Assembly (NCBI GenBank): GCA_002869275.1
Contig: PKTF01000078.1
Location: forward strand, 1,839 to 65,838
Reading direction: 5' to 3'
Length of the DNA: 64,000 nt
DNA from: Ignavibacteria bacterium
GTDB lineage: Bacteria > Bacteroidota > Ignavibacteria > SZUA-365
A model generated the notes under the pieces. It searched no databases and was not told the DNA's origin. It was given only the letters and a program-made list of their open reading frames with translations. A program made the position numbers and the translations under genes. Below, one piece after another: positions 24,875 to 34,646 of this stretch. Each line of letters begins with the position of its first letter. Within the stretch, counting starts at the first letter, position 1.

Positions 24875-26086
24875 GTGTTGTTTGTCCTTACCCTGCGGCA
24901 CGAAGGCGTGTTCGCTCTCGGACTGCTGCACGCCTTTGCCGAAGCGGCCATGATCGGCGGACTGGCGGACTGGTTCGCCGTTGTCGCATTGTTCCGTCAT
25001 CCGTTCGGACTGCGCATCCCGCACACCGCCATCATCCCGAAGCATCGAGAGAAACTCACACGCGGTATCATCGACATGGTGCAGAACCGCTGGCTGACGA
25101 AAGACACCATCCTCGAACGACTCTCGTCGTGGCAGCTGTCGTCGGCCTTGCTCTCCACGCTGGGCGACGCCGAAAGCCGGGCGGGGATTCTGCGCCTCAT
25201 GCGCGGGGCGCTTGCCGAGGCCGTGCGTGAAATCGACGATGAACGCTTCGCGCGCAAGGCACTGGATGTACTGCGCCGGCAGGTCGGCACCGACGACCTC
25301 CTTCGGTGGATACGTGCGGCGGGAGAACGCGGAATGGCCGGGGGTTGGCATCGACTGTTGTTTACGCAGGCCATCGGTCAGGCGGCTGACTGGCTTTCCA
25401 CACCGGGTGTACGCCGCACGATCGTCACGCAGCTGCAGCGTATCGCCGAACAGTATGCCGACAGTCCCTTTCGCAAGCTTGGCAAATGGATGGCCGAGAG
25501 TGTGAACGCCCTCAACTATGATGACCTGGCCGTGTCCATCGTGGATACGCTGACGGCGGAACTGCGCAACATGCAGGAGCAACCCGAGCATCCGGCCCGG
25601 GCGGATTTCGAAGCCTGGTTGGCGGAACTTCTGTCAGGTCTGGAACAGCACGAAGACATCCGCGCGCATATCGAAGCCTGGCGCACTGAGTTTCTCGATG
25701 GCGAGAACACACCCGAGCTCCTGCGCAAGCCGATCGAACGCACGCGCGAGTGGATACTGAAGGATCTGGCCGTAGAGGATTCAGCGATCATGCAGCAGCT
25801 CGGGACAGCACTCTTCCGCGCGCTCGATCGTTTCGCGGCTGATGCGGATGCACAGCGACGCGTCGATGACTGGCTCAAAGAGCGCATCGCAGGCTTCGTC
25901 GAACGCCACCACGGCGAGATCGGCGCCATTGTCGAGAGGAATCTCGAGAAGCTCGATGATGAACAGCTCGTGGGGCAGATCGAGGAGAAGGTGGGTTCGG
26001 ACCTGCAGTATATTCGTGTCAATGGCGCCGTGGTGGGCGGACTTGTGGGAGCGGCAATCTTCCTCCTCAAATATTTTGTACTGTGA
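24875..26086 (+). CDS. DUF445-family membrane-associated protein
   Basis: N-terminal GGLADWFAVVALFRHPFGLRIPHTAIIP resembles the conserved DUF445 N-terminal block. C-terminal …VNGAVVGGLVGAAIF. Confidence 0.55.
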   Translation: MLFVLTLRHEGVFALGLLHAFAEAAMIGGLADWFAVVALFRHPFGLRIPHTAIIPKHREKLTRGIIDMVQNRWLTKDTILERLSSWQLSSALLSTLGDAESRAGILRLMRGALAEAVREIDDERFARKALDVLRRQVGTDDLLRWIRAAGERGMAGGWHRLLFTQAIGQAADWLSTPGVRRTIVTQLQRIAEQYADSPFRKLGKWMAESVNALNYDDLAVSIVDTLTAELRNMQEQPEHPARADFEAWLAELLSGLEQHEDIRAHIEAWRTEFLDGENTPELLRKPIERTREWILKDLAVEDSAIMQQLGTALFRALDRFAADADAQRRVDDWLKERIAGFVERHHGEIGAIVERNLEKLDDEQLVGQIEEKVGSDLQYIRVNGAVVGGLVGAAIFLLKYFVL

Positions 26087-26094
26087 GAACGCGC

Positions 26095-26910
26095 ATGCGT
26101 CGCATCGACATCCAATCACTGGATCACCCGGAACTCGAACCCTATCGCACATTGCGCGAACACACCCGCCACTGGCAGGGCGATCATGTTGTAGCTGAAG
26201 GAGAGAAGACCGTGCGCGCCCTTCTGGCATCACAGCTCGATGTGCTTTCCGTACTGCTTGACGAACACTGGCTTGGCCGGCTTCGCGAGGATCTCGAGAA
26301 TCCTCGCTTCGACAACACGGACGTGTATGTCGCACAGGAACAGCTGCTCGAAGGCATTGTCGGTTTTAACATGCATCAGAACCTGATGGCGATAGCGCGG
26401 GTGCCGGAGAGTGCTGCGCTCGAATCCATGCACACTGAAGCACCCGGACGTCATGTGCATGTCGCTCTCGAAGGCATCGCGGATGCAGAAAACATGGGAA
26501 TGATTCTGCGAAACTGCGCGGCCTTTGGTGTGCGCAGCCTCATCGTTGGTTCGGACAGCAGTAATCCCTGGCTGCGAAGGAGCGTGCGTGTCTCGCTCGG
26601 CAACGTCTTTGGTCTGCGCATCCACCGCTGTGATGACCTTCATGTCACACTGCAGGAGTGCCGCGAGCGCTTCGGATGGAAAGTGGTGGGAACGACGCCA
26701 CGGGGTGGCTCATCGGTGATCGAACGCGACATCGGTGCAGAGAGCGAGCATATCTGCCTGCTCGTGGGCAGCGAGGCATACGGACTTTCAGAACAGGCAT
26801 TCGATCTCTGCAATGCGCTGTTCACCATTCCCATGAGCGGGGATGTCGATTCGATCAATGTCGCGAATGCCACGGCAGTTGCGCTCTTTGAGGCGACACG
26901 CTACGAGTAG
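26095..26910 (+). CDS. TrmH/SpoU-family RNA 2'-O-methyltransferase
   Basis: SpoU motifs VALEGIADAENMGMILRNCAAFG and IPMSGDVDSINVANATAVALFE. The ORF-track GTG start at 26083 overlaps the upstream stop; the ATG at 26095 is preferred. Confidence 0.7.
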   Translation: MRRIDIQSLDHPELEPYRTLREHTRHWQGDHVVAEGEKTVRALLASQLDVLSVLLDEHWLGRLREDLENPRFDNTDVYVAQEQLLEGIVGFNMHQNLMAIARVPESAALESMHTEAPGRHVHVALEGIADAENMGMILRNCAAFGVRSLIVGSDSSNPWLRRSVRVSLGNVFGLRIHRCDDLHVTLQECRERFGWKVVGTTPRGGSSVIERDIGAESEHICLLVGSEAYGLSEQAFDLCNALFTIPMSGDVDSINVANATAVALFEATRYE

Positions 26911-26940
26911 GAACCGGATTTCGAATGGCATGAATACAAA

Positions 26941-26964
26941 ACGGGCGGCCATGGGCCGCCCGTT
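26941..26964. terminator. perfect palindromic hairpin between convergent genes (bidirectional terminator candidate)
   Basis: acgggcggcccatgggccgcccgt, a 24-nt perfect inverted repeat, with no strong U-tract. Confidence 0.45.
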
Positions 26965-26988
26965 AACTTATCGGAATAAGGTGCGAAC

Positions 26989-28065
26989 TCAGAGATGAAG
27001 CTTCGCGGCCTGCAGCACGTGTTTCGAGCCCTGGCTCTGCAGGAAAACCACTGCTTCGAGATGATCACCATTCCATGTAGGATCGATTTCGATCGTACGG
27101 GAGAATTGTGCGGTTTGCTTGTTGTCAAGGGTGACTTTCTCACCCGATGCACTGGGATACATGCGGCGAAGGACTTCATAATGAATGTTTTCTGAGTTGC
27201 CGTCATTGTACTCGATATCGGATTCGGTCACAACCGTATGGAGATGCAGGTCATTATAATCAGACGTAGTAATGCCGGTCACTTTGATACTCAGCTCGAT
27301 GCTGCTTCCGTTGCGCGTGCGCTCCAGCTCGATCTTCGCACCAGCGGCAAGCTGCATGTCGGCATCGGCGGCGGCAATCCAGTCCACGCCTTTGTTGTTG
27401 ATCAATTCACCGCCTACCCAACCCTTGGGAGCGCTGATTTGCTCAATAGAAATGGGGGAAAGAACGTATTCCACACGAGGGCGGATCCATTCCTGTGCAT
27501 GGATCCAGAGTTTGTCGGTCGGACGCGGAAACCAGACATGATACTTGATCGTAGCGACGCGCTGCTTGTAGTGGTCAGACTGCGTACCGGTGTGATAGGC
27601 CTCGTTTTGCGGACCGCAGGGGGAGCAGTTTGCGCTGGTCACGATTTCCACCAGTGACATGCGCAGGACTTCCTCAACCTGCACGATGCCCTTGCGCAGC
27701 GTCACTTTGGCCGAGGCGCTGTTTCCTTCCGGATCATAGGCGACGGCACGCAGCGTGTGCGTCCCTTCGGCGAGCTCTGAAGCGTCGAAACTCGATTCCC
27801 ACGGTTCCGTCGTGAGCACGGCGAAGGGCTCAGCGGCATTCGACAGGAACAGCTCGATGCGCGAGACCATATGATTGTCCGACGCGGTGAGAAGCACCGG
27901 TACGACATCATCGCCGAGCGAATCGACTGCTGTAGGCGAGGTGATGGAGATCGTGGGTGCCTGGATGTCGACTCCCGGTTCGTTCACGGCACTCGTGTCG
28001 CAGCCGGTGAAGGCAGATACGAGCACGAAGAGGGCTATCAGGGATAGGGTCAGAGATTTCATCAT
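26989..28065 (-). CDS. hypothetical lipoprotein (Ig-like N-terminal region), last gene of the TPR-DUF58 cassette
   Basis: Lipobox MMKSLTLSLIALFVLVSAFTGC. No catalytic motif recognised. Confidence 0.5.
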   Translation of the reverse strand: MMKSLTLSLIALFVLVSAFTGCDTSAVNEPGVDIQAPTISITSPTAVDSLGDDVVPVLLTASDNHMVSRIELFLSNAAEPFAVLTTEPWESSFDASELAEGTHTLRAVAYDPEGNSASAKVTLRKGIVQVEEVLRMSLVEIVTSANCSPCGPQNEAYHTGTQSDHYKQRVATIKYHVWFPRPTDKLWIHAQEWIRPRVEYVLSPISIEQISAPKGWVGGELINNKGVDWIAAADADMQLAAGAKIELERTRNGSSIELSIKVTGITTSDYNDLHLHTVVTESDIEYNDGNSENIHYEVLRRMYPSASGEKVTLDNKQTAQFSRTIEIDPTWNGDHLEAVVFLQSQGSKHVLQAAKLHL

Positions 28066-28096
28066 ACTTATCCTTCTGGGAAACATGGGAACGGGA

Positions 28097-29002
28097 TCAT
28101 CCCCCAATTTTTTTTCGCTTGTTGAGGTATTCGAACAATGCCGTATCGAACGGCATCGCAGTATCCAGGAGCACGTAATCGATACGCTGCTCGCGGCACT
28201 CTTTCTTGTACCGCGCAATGAAATCGCGCATGGCTTCCTGGTAGGCGCGCTGTATCTGATGCGGCTGCGTCATCATCTCTTCGTTGCTCTCCATGTCCCG
28301 GAAAATCGCGTCCCGGCCGAAGGCGAAATTTCGCTCGCGGGGATCAAGAATATGGAACAGCAGAACCTCATGCTGGTTGTAGCGGAAATGCTTCAGCGCA
28401 CTGAGCACCGCATCGGGATCGTCGAAGAGGTCGCTGAAAATCATGACCAGTCCACGGCGGTTCAGCCTCTCGGCGGCCATGTTCAGCGCCCGGCCCGTGC
28501 CGGTTGCATTGGCAGCCTCCAGCTGCTCGAGTTCCTTGAGAATGGACTGCAGATACACTTTCGTCGAATGCGGGGGCATGTATGTCCGCAGCTCTTCGTC
28601 GTAGGTGAGCAGTCCTACGGCATCCTGCTGGCGCATGAGTAGATAGGCCAGCGCCGCGGCAAGATACGAAGCGTACTGCAGCTTCGTGACCTCACCCTCG
28701 GATTTGAACTGCATCGACCGGCTGGTGTCGAGGACGAGGTAGCTCTTGAGGTTGGTCTCTTCCTCGAACTGCTTGATGTAGTAGCGGTCGGTGCGGCCGA
28801 GCACTTTCCAGTCGATGCGGCGGATCTCGTCCCCCGGCATGTACTGGCGATGTTCGGCGAATTCCACGCTGAAGCCGTGGTACGGACTCTTGTGCAGTCC
28901 GGTAATGAACCCTTCAACGACCAGGCGCGCGCGCATCTCCATCGTCGAGAGCCGCGAGACAACATCGGGACGCAGATATGTGCTTCTGTTGTCCTGTCTC
29001 AT
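28097..29002 (-). CDS. DUF58 domain protein (vWA-like, MoxR-associated family)
   Basis: HGFSVEFAEHRQYMPGDEIRRIDWKVLGRTDRYYIKQFEEETNL is the hallmark DUF58 block. Confidence 0.75.
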   Translation of the reverse strand: MRQDNRSTYLRPDVVSRLSTMEMRARLVVEGFITGLHKSPYHGFSVEFAEHRQYMPGDEIRRIDWKVLGRTDRYYIKQFEEETNLKSYLVLDTSRSMQFKSEGEVTKLQYASYLAAALAYLLMRQQDAVGLLTYDEELRTYMPPHSTKVYLQSILKELEQLEAANATGTGRALNMAAERLNRRGLVMIFSDLFDDPDAVLSALKHFRYNQHEVLLFHILDPRERNFAFGRDAIFRDMESNEEMMTQPHQIQRAYQEAMRDFIARYKKECREQRIDYVLLDTAMPFDTALFEYLNKRKKIGG

Positions 29003-29009
29003 GAATTGC

Positions 29010-29516
29010 TCAATCCGTGACCGGAGCTTCCTCCGCCGTCGGCTGCTGCAGCGATTCAAGCAGTTCTTCGGGGGTTTTACCGAGATTCTCGAGTTCGAAC
29101 CTCACCGTCTCCGTCATGGAGCTGTCAGGATATGCGGAAAGGTATTTCTCATACGCCGTACGAGCGCGTTCGTAGTTCGCGAGTTCGTTTGCATAGGTGA
29201 ATGCGGCGATAAACAGGCCCTTGTGGCCGTATTCGCTGTCGGGATACTTTTCGCTCACCAGTTCGTATGTCGTTGCTGCCTTCAGAATATCCTTCTGTGT
29301 GTTGTAATAGATGGCCGCGCAGCGGAATAGCGCTTCCGGCGCGTTATCGTCGTCGGCATGTTCCTGGTAGAGCTTCTCGTAGAGCGGGAGAGCTTCTTCG
29401 GGGTTGTCAGCCTTCTCGAGGCCGCGGGCCTTGTCCATCAGATCGGACGCGCCCTCGCTGGAGCAGGCGGCGGCAAACAGTGCCGCAGCAAGAAAGAATA
29501 AGGATATCCTGGTCAT
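29010..29516 (-). CDS. TPR-repeat lipoprotein
   Basis: Lipobox LFFLAAALFAAAC. Three TPR-like helical repeats (…ALPLYEKLYQEHADDDNAPEALFRCAAIYY…). Confidence 0.6.
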   Translation of the reverse strand: MTRISLFFLAAALFAAACSSEGASDLMDKARGLEKADNPEEALPLYEKLYQEHADDDNAPEALFRCAAIYYNTQKDILKAATTYELVSEKYPDSEYGHKGLFIAAFTYANELANYERARTAYEKYLSAYPDSSMTETVRFELENLGKTPEELLESLQQPTAEEAPVTD

Positions 29517-29606
29517 GGTCCTGCCACAGGTTGTTGGAAAAAATAACTTATCACTTGATGCCGCCAGAAACAAGACAGGTACGACTGACCGAACCGGGAT
29601 CGGGTG

Positions 29607-30296
29607 TCAGGGGAAAAATATGAGTTTGATGAGCAGCCCCGCCAAAACGAAGCCGAACACAGGTTTAATGACTTTCGCACCGCCCTTGATGGCCAGGCCG
29701 GCGCCGGTCCAGGCCCCGGTGATGTTGGCCAGCCCCATCGGCAGCGCGATGGTCCAGTATACCTCTCCTCCCAGCACGAAGGCGATGATCGCGGCGTAGT
29801 TGCTGCCAAGATTGAGCAGCTTGGCGTGCGCGGTGGCACGCAGGAAACCAAAACCGAACATGAGGACGAAACCGAATGCGAGAAAGCTGCCGGTGCCGGG
29901 CCCAAAGAAACCGTCATAGAAGCCGATACCGAAGGCAAACAGGGCTGCGATCGCGAGCTGCCGTGTTGACAACGAGTTGACATTGTCTTTGATGCCGAAG
30001 TCTTTTCGCAGGAAGGTGACCGCCGCCACGATGATAATCAGCACAGGAATAATGGCCTCGAGTGAGGAATCGGGAATCTGCAGCACCGTCCATGCGCCGG
30101 TATAGGATCCGGCGAATGCGGAGATAAAGCCGACGATTCCAAGTTTCAGCAGCACATGTCCGCTGCGGATATAGCGCAGGGTGCTGAAGGATGTGCCGAT
30201 GGCGCTCTGCACCTTGTTTGTAGCCAATGCCACATGCGGAGGTACTCCAACTGCCAGGAGGGAAGGCAGGGAAATCAGTCCGCCCCCGCCGGCCAT
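29607..30296 (-). CDS. TauE/SafE-family sulfite/anion exporter
   Basis: Gly-rich TM helices MAGGGGLISLP…GPGTGSFLAFGFVLMFG are typical of TauE. The conserved N-terminal helix continues upstream in frame with no canonical start; see findings. Confidence 0.7.
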   Translation of the reverse strand: MAGGGGLISLPSLLAVGVPPHVALATNKVQSAIGTSFSTLRYIRSGHVLLKLGIVGFISAFAGSYTGAWTVLQIPDSSLEAIIPVLIIIVAAVTFLRKDFGIKDNVNSLSTRQLAIAALFAFGIGFYDGFFGPGTGSFLAFGFVLMFGFGFLRATAHAKLLNLGSNYAAIIAFVLGGEVYWTIALPMGLANITGAWTGAGLAIKGGAKVIKPVFGFVLAGLLIKLIFFP

Positions 30297-30383
30297 GGAA
30301 TCGACGAGTCCGCCAAGAAATCCGGCGGCCAGGAGAAAGACATATGTCAGTGGATCGGCAGTCGTAGGTTCCTCCTCGAGCTG

Positions 30384-31274
30384 TTAGCGCAGAAACAGCA
30401 CCGACACCCCGAGAACGGCGATGACGGCGCCGGCGACCGCGCGCCAGCTGAGTGTTTCCTTGTAATAATAATAGACCATCGGCAGCATGATGATCGGCGG
30501 TAGCGACATGATGGTGGTCGCGACGGCGACCTCCGTATGCGCGATGGCGACAAGGCTGAATGTGATGCCAAGGTACGGTCCGAGAACTGCACCCGTCATC
30601 GTGAATCCGAGGGCTGCGCGGTTGTTCCGGTACACCTTGAAGGGATTGGGATACCAGCGGAGCAGAACGGCGATGGGCACGAAGAGGATCACCGCGCTTG
30701 CAATGCGTACCGTCGTGGCCACCATGCCATGGATGGGTGCTTCATTGAAGGCCAGTTTCGCGAAAATGAGTCCAGCCGCCTGTCCGAGGGCTCCGATGAT
30801 CGCGTAGATCAATCCCCGCGGGGAGATCGCGTGCTTGTCCGTCGCCAGTCTCCGCCGTTCGAGTACCACGAACGTAATACCACCAATGGTGATCACCATG
30901 CCGAGGACGGCTTCAGTGGACAGGTGTTCGTCGAGGAACATCAATCCCATCACGGCGGTCATTGCGGGTACCAGCGACATGATCAGCATGGAAACGCGCG
31001 CGCCGATATCCTTGAAGGCACGAAAAAGGAAACTGTCACCGATGACAAGCCCGACCACACCGCTCCATGTGAGGTTGACGATCTGCGATGTGGACATGGT
31101 GAGATCGAGTCCGAAAATCCATATCGTCAGACCCAGCATCAGCAGCGCGAGAAGCATACGCGTAATGTTGACCTGGATCGATCCAACGCGCTTCGTAGCC
31201 TCGGTAAAGACGATGGACGTTCCAGACCAGAGGAATGCGGTGAGCAGGGCGCTCAGTTCACCTAGGAAGGGCAT
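30384..31274 (-). CDS. EamA/DMT-family transporter
   Basis: 10-TM protein of 296 aa with duplicated EamA halves. Confidence 0.7.
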   Translation of the reverse strand: MPFLGELSALLTAFLWSGTSIVFTEATKRVGSIQVNITRMLLALLMLGLTIWIFGLDLTMSTSQIVNLTWSGVVGLVIGDSFLFRAFKDIGARVSMLIMSLVPAMTAVMGLMFLDEHLSTEAVLGMVITIGGITFVVLERRRLATDKHAISPRGLIYAIIGALGQAAGLIFAKLAFNEAPIHGMVATTVRIASAVILFVPIAVLLRWYPNPFKVYRNNRAALGFTMTGAVLGPYLGITFSLVAIAHTEVAVATTIMSLPPIIMLPMVYYYYKETLSWRAVAGAVIAVLGVSVLFLR

Positions 31275-31283
31275 GTATGCGGC

Positions 31284-31655
31284 TCAGCGCTTGGAATGCA
31301 ACGCAATGCGGTTGCCTTCGCAGTCGCGGAAAATGGCCATATAGCCGACCTCTTCCGAGATCTGCTGTTTGGGCACCAGGATCGTGCCTCCTGCGATCTC
31401 GACGCGCGTGAGCCAGGGCTGCAGATCATCGCCCGCGTTAAGATACACGAGTACGCCGTGTTCCGAAGGCTGATACCATTCATGCTGCATGATGGCTCCC
31501 GTCACACCTTCGCTCTGCATGTCACCGAGAAATCCCATACGTCCGCCGCCGACCTCCATTTCTTCTATCGTGGTCTCGAGCACGATTTCGTAGAATCGCT
31601 TCGCACGTTCGAAACCCACGACCGGAATTTCGAACCAGTTGATGAGGTTGTTCAT
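31284..31655 (-). CDS. VOC (glyoxalase/bleomycin-resistance) family protein
   Basis: 123 aa; beta-alpha-beta(3)-type composition. Weak assignment. Confidence 0.45.
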   Translation of the reverse strand: MNNLINWFEIPVVGFERAKRFYEIVLETTIEEMEVGGGRMGFLGDMQSEGVTGAIMQHEWYQPSEHGVLVYLNAGDDLQPWLTRVEIAGGTILVPKQQISEEVGYMAIFRDCEGNRIALHSKR

Positions 31656-31718
31656 GATGGCTCCGTCTGTGATGTCTGAGTGTGAAATTTGTCTGCCTGC
31701 GCGGAGGACATGCCGGAT

Positions 31719-34541
31719 TTACAGCATGTCTTTGAGGAACTGTCCGGTGTAGCTGTCGCCGGCTTTCGCCACCTTTTCGGGTGTGCCCTGCGCTACGATG
31801 CTGCCGCCCTCATCGCCACCTTCCGGACCGAGGTCGATGATCCAGTCAGCGCATTTGATCACATCGAGGTTGTGCTCGATGATGATCACGCTGTGACCGG
31901 CCTCAATCAGCGCATTGAAGCAGCTGAGCAATTTACTGACGTCATGGAGATGCAGTCCGGTTGTCGGTTCGTCAAAGATGAACAGCGTATGGCCGTCACT
32001 GCGCGACGACAGGTGCAGCGCCAGTTTCAACCGTTGGGCTTCACCGCCCGAGAGCGTCGTGGCCGACTGACCAAGCCGCATGTAGCCGAGACCGACGTCA
32101 TCGAGTACCCGCAGTTTATTGGCTATGCGCGGGACGTGCTCAAAAAAGACGAGGGCTTCTGTCACGGTCATGTTGAGAACATCCACGATGTTCTTGCCGT
32201 TGTAACGGATATCGAGGATTTCCTTCTTATAGCGGCTGCCCTTGCAGGACTCGCATTCCAGGTACAGGTCGGCCATGAACTGCATTTCAACCTTGATGTG
32301 GCCGTCCCCCTCGCAGACGTCGCAGCGTCCGCCAGGAACATTGAAGGAAAAAGCTCCGGGAGTGTAGCCACGCAGTTTCGAAGCTGCTGTGGAGGCAAAG
32401 ATATCGCGGATGCCGTCGAACGCTTTGAGGTAGGTAACCGGGTTGGAGCGGGGCGTGCGGCCGATAGGCGACTGGTCCACCATTTCCACATGCTTGATAC
32501 TCGAAGCGCCGGTGAATCCTGAGAAGGTACCGACCTCCTCTTCATAGGCGCCGTCGATTTCTTTTTTCAATCCGCCGTAGAGGACGTCGTGCACGAGCGT
32601 ACTTTTTCCAGATCCGCTGACGCCGGTGACGCAGGTAAACACGCCGAGCGGAAAGTTCACGTCCATGCCCTTCAGGTTGTTCTGCCTGACCTGCTTGACG
32701 ACGAGTTTCGTTTTCGACTTACGGCGGGACTTCGGTACTGCGATGCTGAGTTTGCCGCTGAGGTATTGCCCGGTGAGGGACTGCTTGTTCTTTTTGATGC
32801 CGGCCAGGGGGGCAACACCGATGATCTCTCCACCCGCCTCTCCTGCTGCCGGACCGATATCCACGATCAGATCGGCCACCTGCATCATTTCCGCGTCATG
32901 TTCCACCACAAGCACGGTATTGCCGCTGTCGCGCAAAGACTCGAGGATGCTGATAAGGCGAGTGTTGTCACGAGGGTGCAGTCCGATCGTCGGCTCATCC
33001 AGTACGTACAGAGATCCCACGAGTGCCGAGCCAAGGGATGTGGCGATATTGATGCGCTGCGACTCTCCGCCGGAGAGTGTATGCGAAAGTCTGTCGAGCG
33101 TCAGGTAACCGAGACCGATTTCCGTGAGGATGCGCAAACGTTTGCGGATCTCCGCGAGTATGCGGCCGGCAACATCCATATCGAAATCGGAAAAGGTCGC
33201 CGCATCGAAGAATTCATGCAGCCTGTCGATAGGCAGACGAACAAGCGTGCCAAGGTTCTCACCCGCCACGCGTACTGCAAGCGCTCCGGGCTGCAGGCGT
33301 GCTCCGCCGCAGGTCTCGCAGGTCGTGTACCCGCGGTAACGCGCCATGAGAATTCGGTAGTGGATCTTGTAATTCTTTGATTCCACCATTTTGAAGAAGC
33401 CGCGAATACCCTTGAAGCCTTTCGTGCCATTCCACACGAACTCGCGTTCTTCCTCACTTAAATCCTGATACGGCACGTTCAAACGTATCCCGTGATCTCG
33501 TGCGGTGCGTTCGAGATCGCGTTGATGTTTACTGTGCTTTGGCGTGCTCCAGGGCTGTATGGCTCCCTCTGCCAGTGTCTTGCCGACATTCGGCACCACG
33601 AGATTTGGATCGATACCAGTCGTGCGTCCGAATCCCTGGCATATCGGACAGGCGCCGGCCGGGCTATTAAAGGAGAACAGCTGTGGCTCGGGTTCGGTAT
33701 ACTCCGTGCCGCAGCTTCCGCACTCGAAGCGTGAACTGAACGACCATTCTTCTTCGTTTTCCAGAAGGCGAATGCGTAGATAGCCGTCGCCCTCCACGAA
33801 CGCTGTCTGCAGCGAGTCGGTTAAGCGGGCAGTATCCTTGCCGGTCTTCCAGACCAGGCGGTCTACCAGTACAAGGACGTCGTCCTTCGCCGCATCGAGT
33901 GTGTCAGTGTCCTCGAGATTGATCAGTTCGTCTCCCACGACGACACGCACGAAACCTTGCTTGCGCAGGTTTTCGAGTTCCTCGTCCATGCTGTGTCCTT
34001 CATGCGCGTGCATGGGAAACATCACATAAAGCTTGCTTCCGTCCGGCAGGGTGGAGATGCGTTCCATGGCGGTGCGCACCGAATCGCGCTGCACTGCTTC
34101 GCCGTCATTGATGCACCAAGTCTTGCCGATCCGGGCGAAAAGCAGCCTAAGGTAGTCGTATACTTCGGTGGTCGTGCCGACAGTGGAGCGTGGATTGCGG
34201 CTCGTGGTTTTCTGTTCGATGGCGATGGCGGGCGCGATGCCCTGGATGAAGTCCACATCGGGTTTGTCCATCCGCTCAAGGAATTGTCGCGCGTAGGCAG
34301 AAAGACTTTCGACGTAGCGCCGCTGTCCCTCTGCATATATGGTGTCAAAGGCCAGGCTCGATTTCCCCGAACCGCTCACGCCGGTGATCACGATCAGCTT
34401 GTTGTGCGGAAGCTCGAGAGAAATATTTTTCAGGTTGTGCACACGGGCACCTTTGATGACCAGCGACGCATTATTCGTTGCCGCCGCTGCGGAAGCGCGC
34501 TTTTTCCCTTTTGATGCTGATGTGCGTTTTGTTGTCGGCAT
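31719..34541 (-). CDS. uvrA: excinuclease ABC subunit A
   Basis: KGARVHNLKNISLELPHNKLIVITGVSGSGKSSLAFDTIYAEGQRRYVESLSAYARQFL. Two ABC modules and Zn-finger CxxC pairs. Start trimmed to the internal ATG (MPTTKR…); the ORF-track start is an upstream GTG. Confidence 0.9.
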   Translation of the reverse strand: MPTTKRTSASKGKKRASAAAATNNASLVIKGARVHNLKNISLELPHNKLIVITGVSGSGKSSLAFDTIYAEGQRRYVESLSAYARQFLERMDKPDVDFIQGIAPAIAIEQKTTSRNPRSTVGTTTEVYDYLRLLFARIGKTWCINDGEAVQRDSVRTAMERISTLPDGSKLYVMFPMHAHEGHSMDEELENLRKQGFVRVVVGDELINLEDTDTLDAAKDDVLVLVDRLVWKTGKDTARLTDSLQTAFVEGDGYLRIRLLENEEEWSFSSRFECGSCGTEYTEPEPQLFSFNSPAGACPICQGFGRTTGIDPNLVVPNVGKTLAEGAIQPWSTPKHSKHQRDLERTARDHGIRLNVPYQDLSEEEREFVWNGTKGFKGIRGFFKMVESKNYKIHYRILMARYRGYTTCETCGGARLQPGALAVRVAGENLGTLVRLPIDRLHEFFDAATFSDFDMDVAGRILAEIRKRLRILTEIGLGYLTLDRLSHTLSGGESQRINIATSLGSALVGSLYVLDEPTIGLHPRDNTRLISILESLRDSGNTVLVVEHDAEMMQVADLIVDIGPAAGEAGGEIIGVAPLAGIKKNKQSLTGQYLSGKLSIAVPKSRRKSKTKLVVKQVRQNNLKGMDVNFPLGVFTCVTGVSGSGKSTLVHDVLYGGLKKEIDGAYEEEVGTFSGFTGASSIKHVEMVDQSPIGRTPRSNPVTYLKAFDGIRDIFASTAASKLRGYTPGAFSFNVPGGRCDVCEGDGHIKVEMQFMADLYLECESCKGSRYKKEILDIRYNGKNIVDVLNMTVTEALVFFEHVPRIANKLRVLDDVGLGYMRLGQSATTLSGGEAQRLKLALHLSSRSDGHTLFIFDEPTTGLHLHDVSKLLSCFNALIEAGHSVIIIEHNLDVIKCADWIIDLGPEGGDEGGSIVAQGTPEKVAKAGDSYTGQFLKDML

Positions 34542-34646
34542 GTACTCTTTTTCGGATCGTGTCTGTATAAACACAGGATCAACCTCAAAAATTACCAGCG
34601 GGCGAAGGGAAATGCAAAATCTGTTTTCACACACTATATTTCCCCT

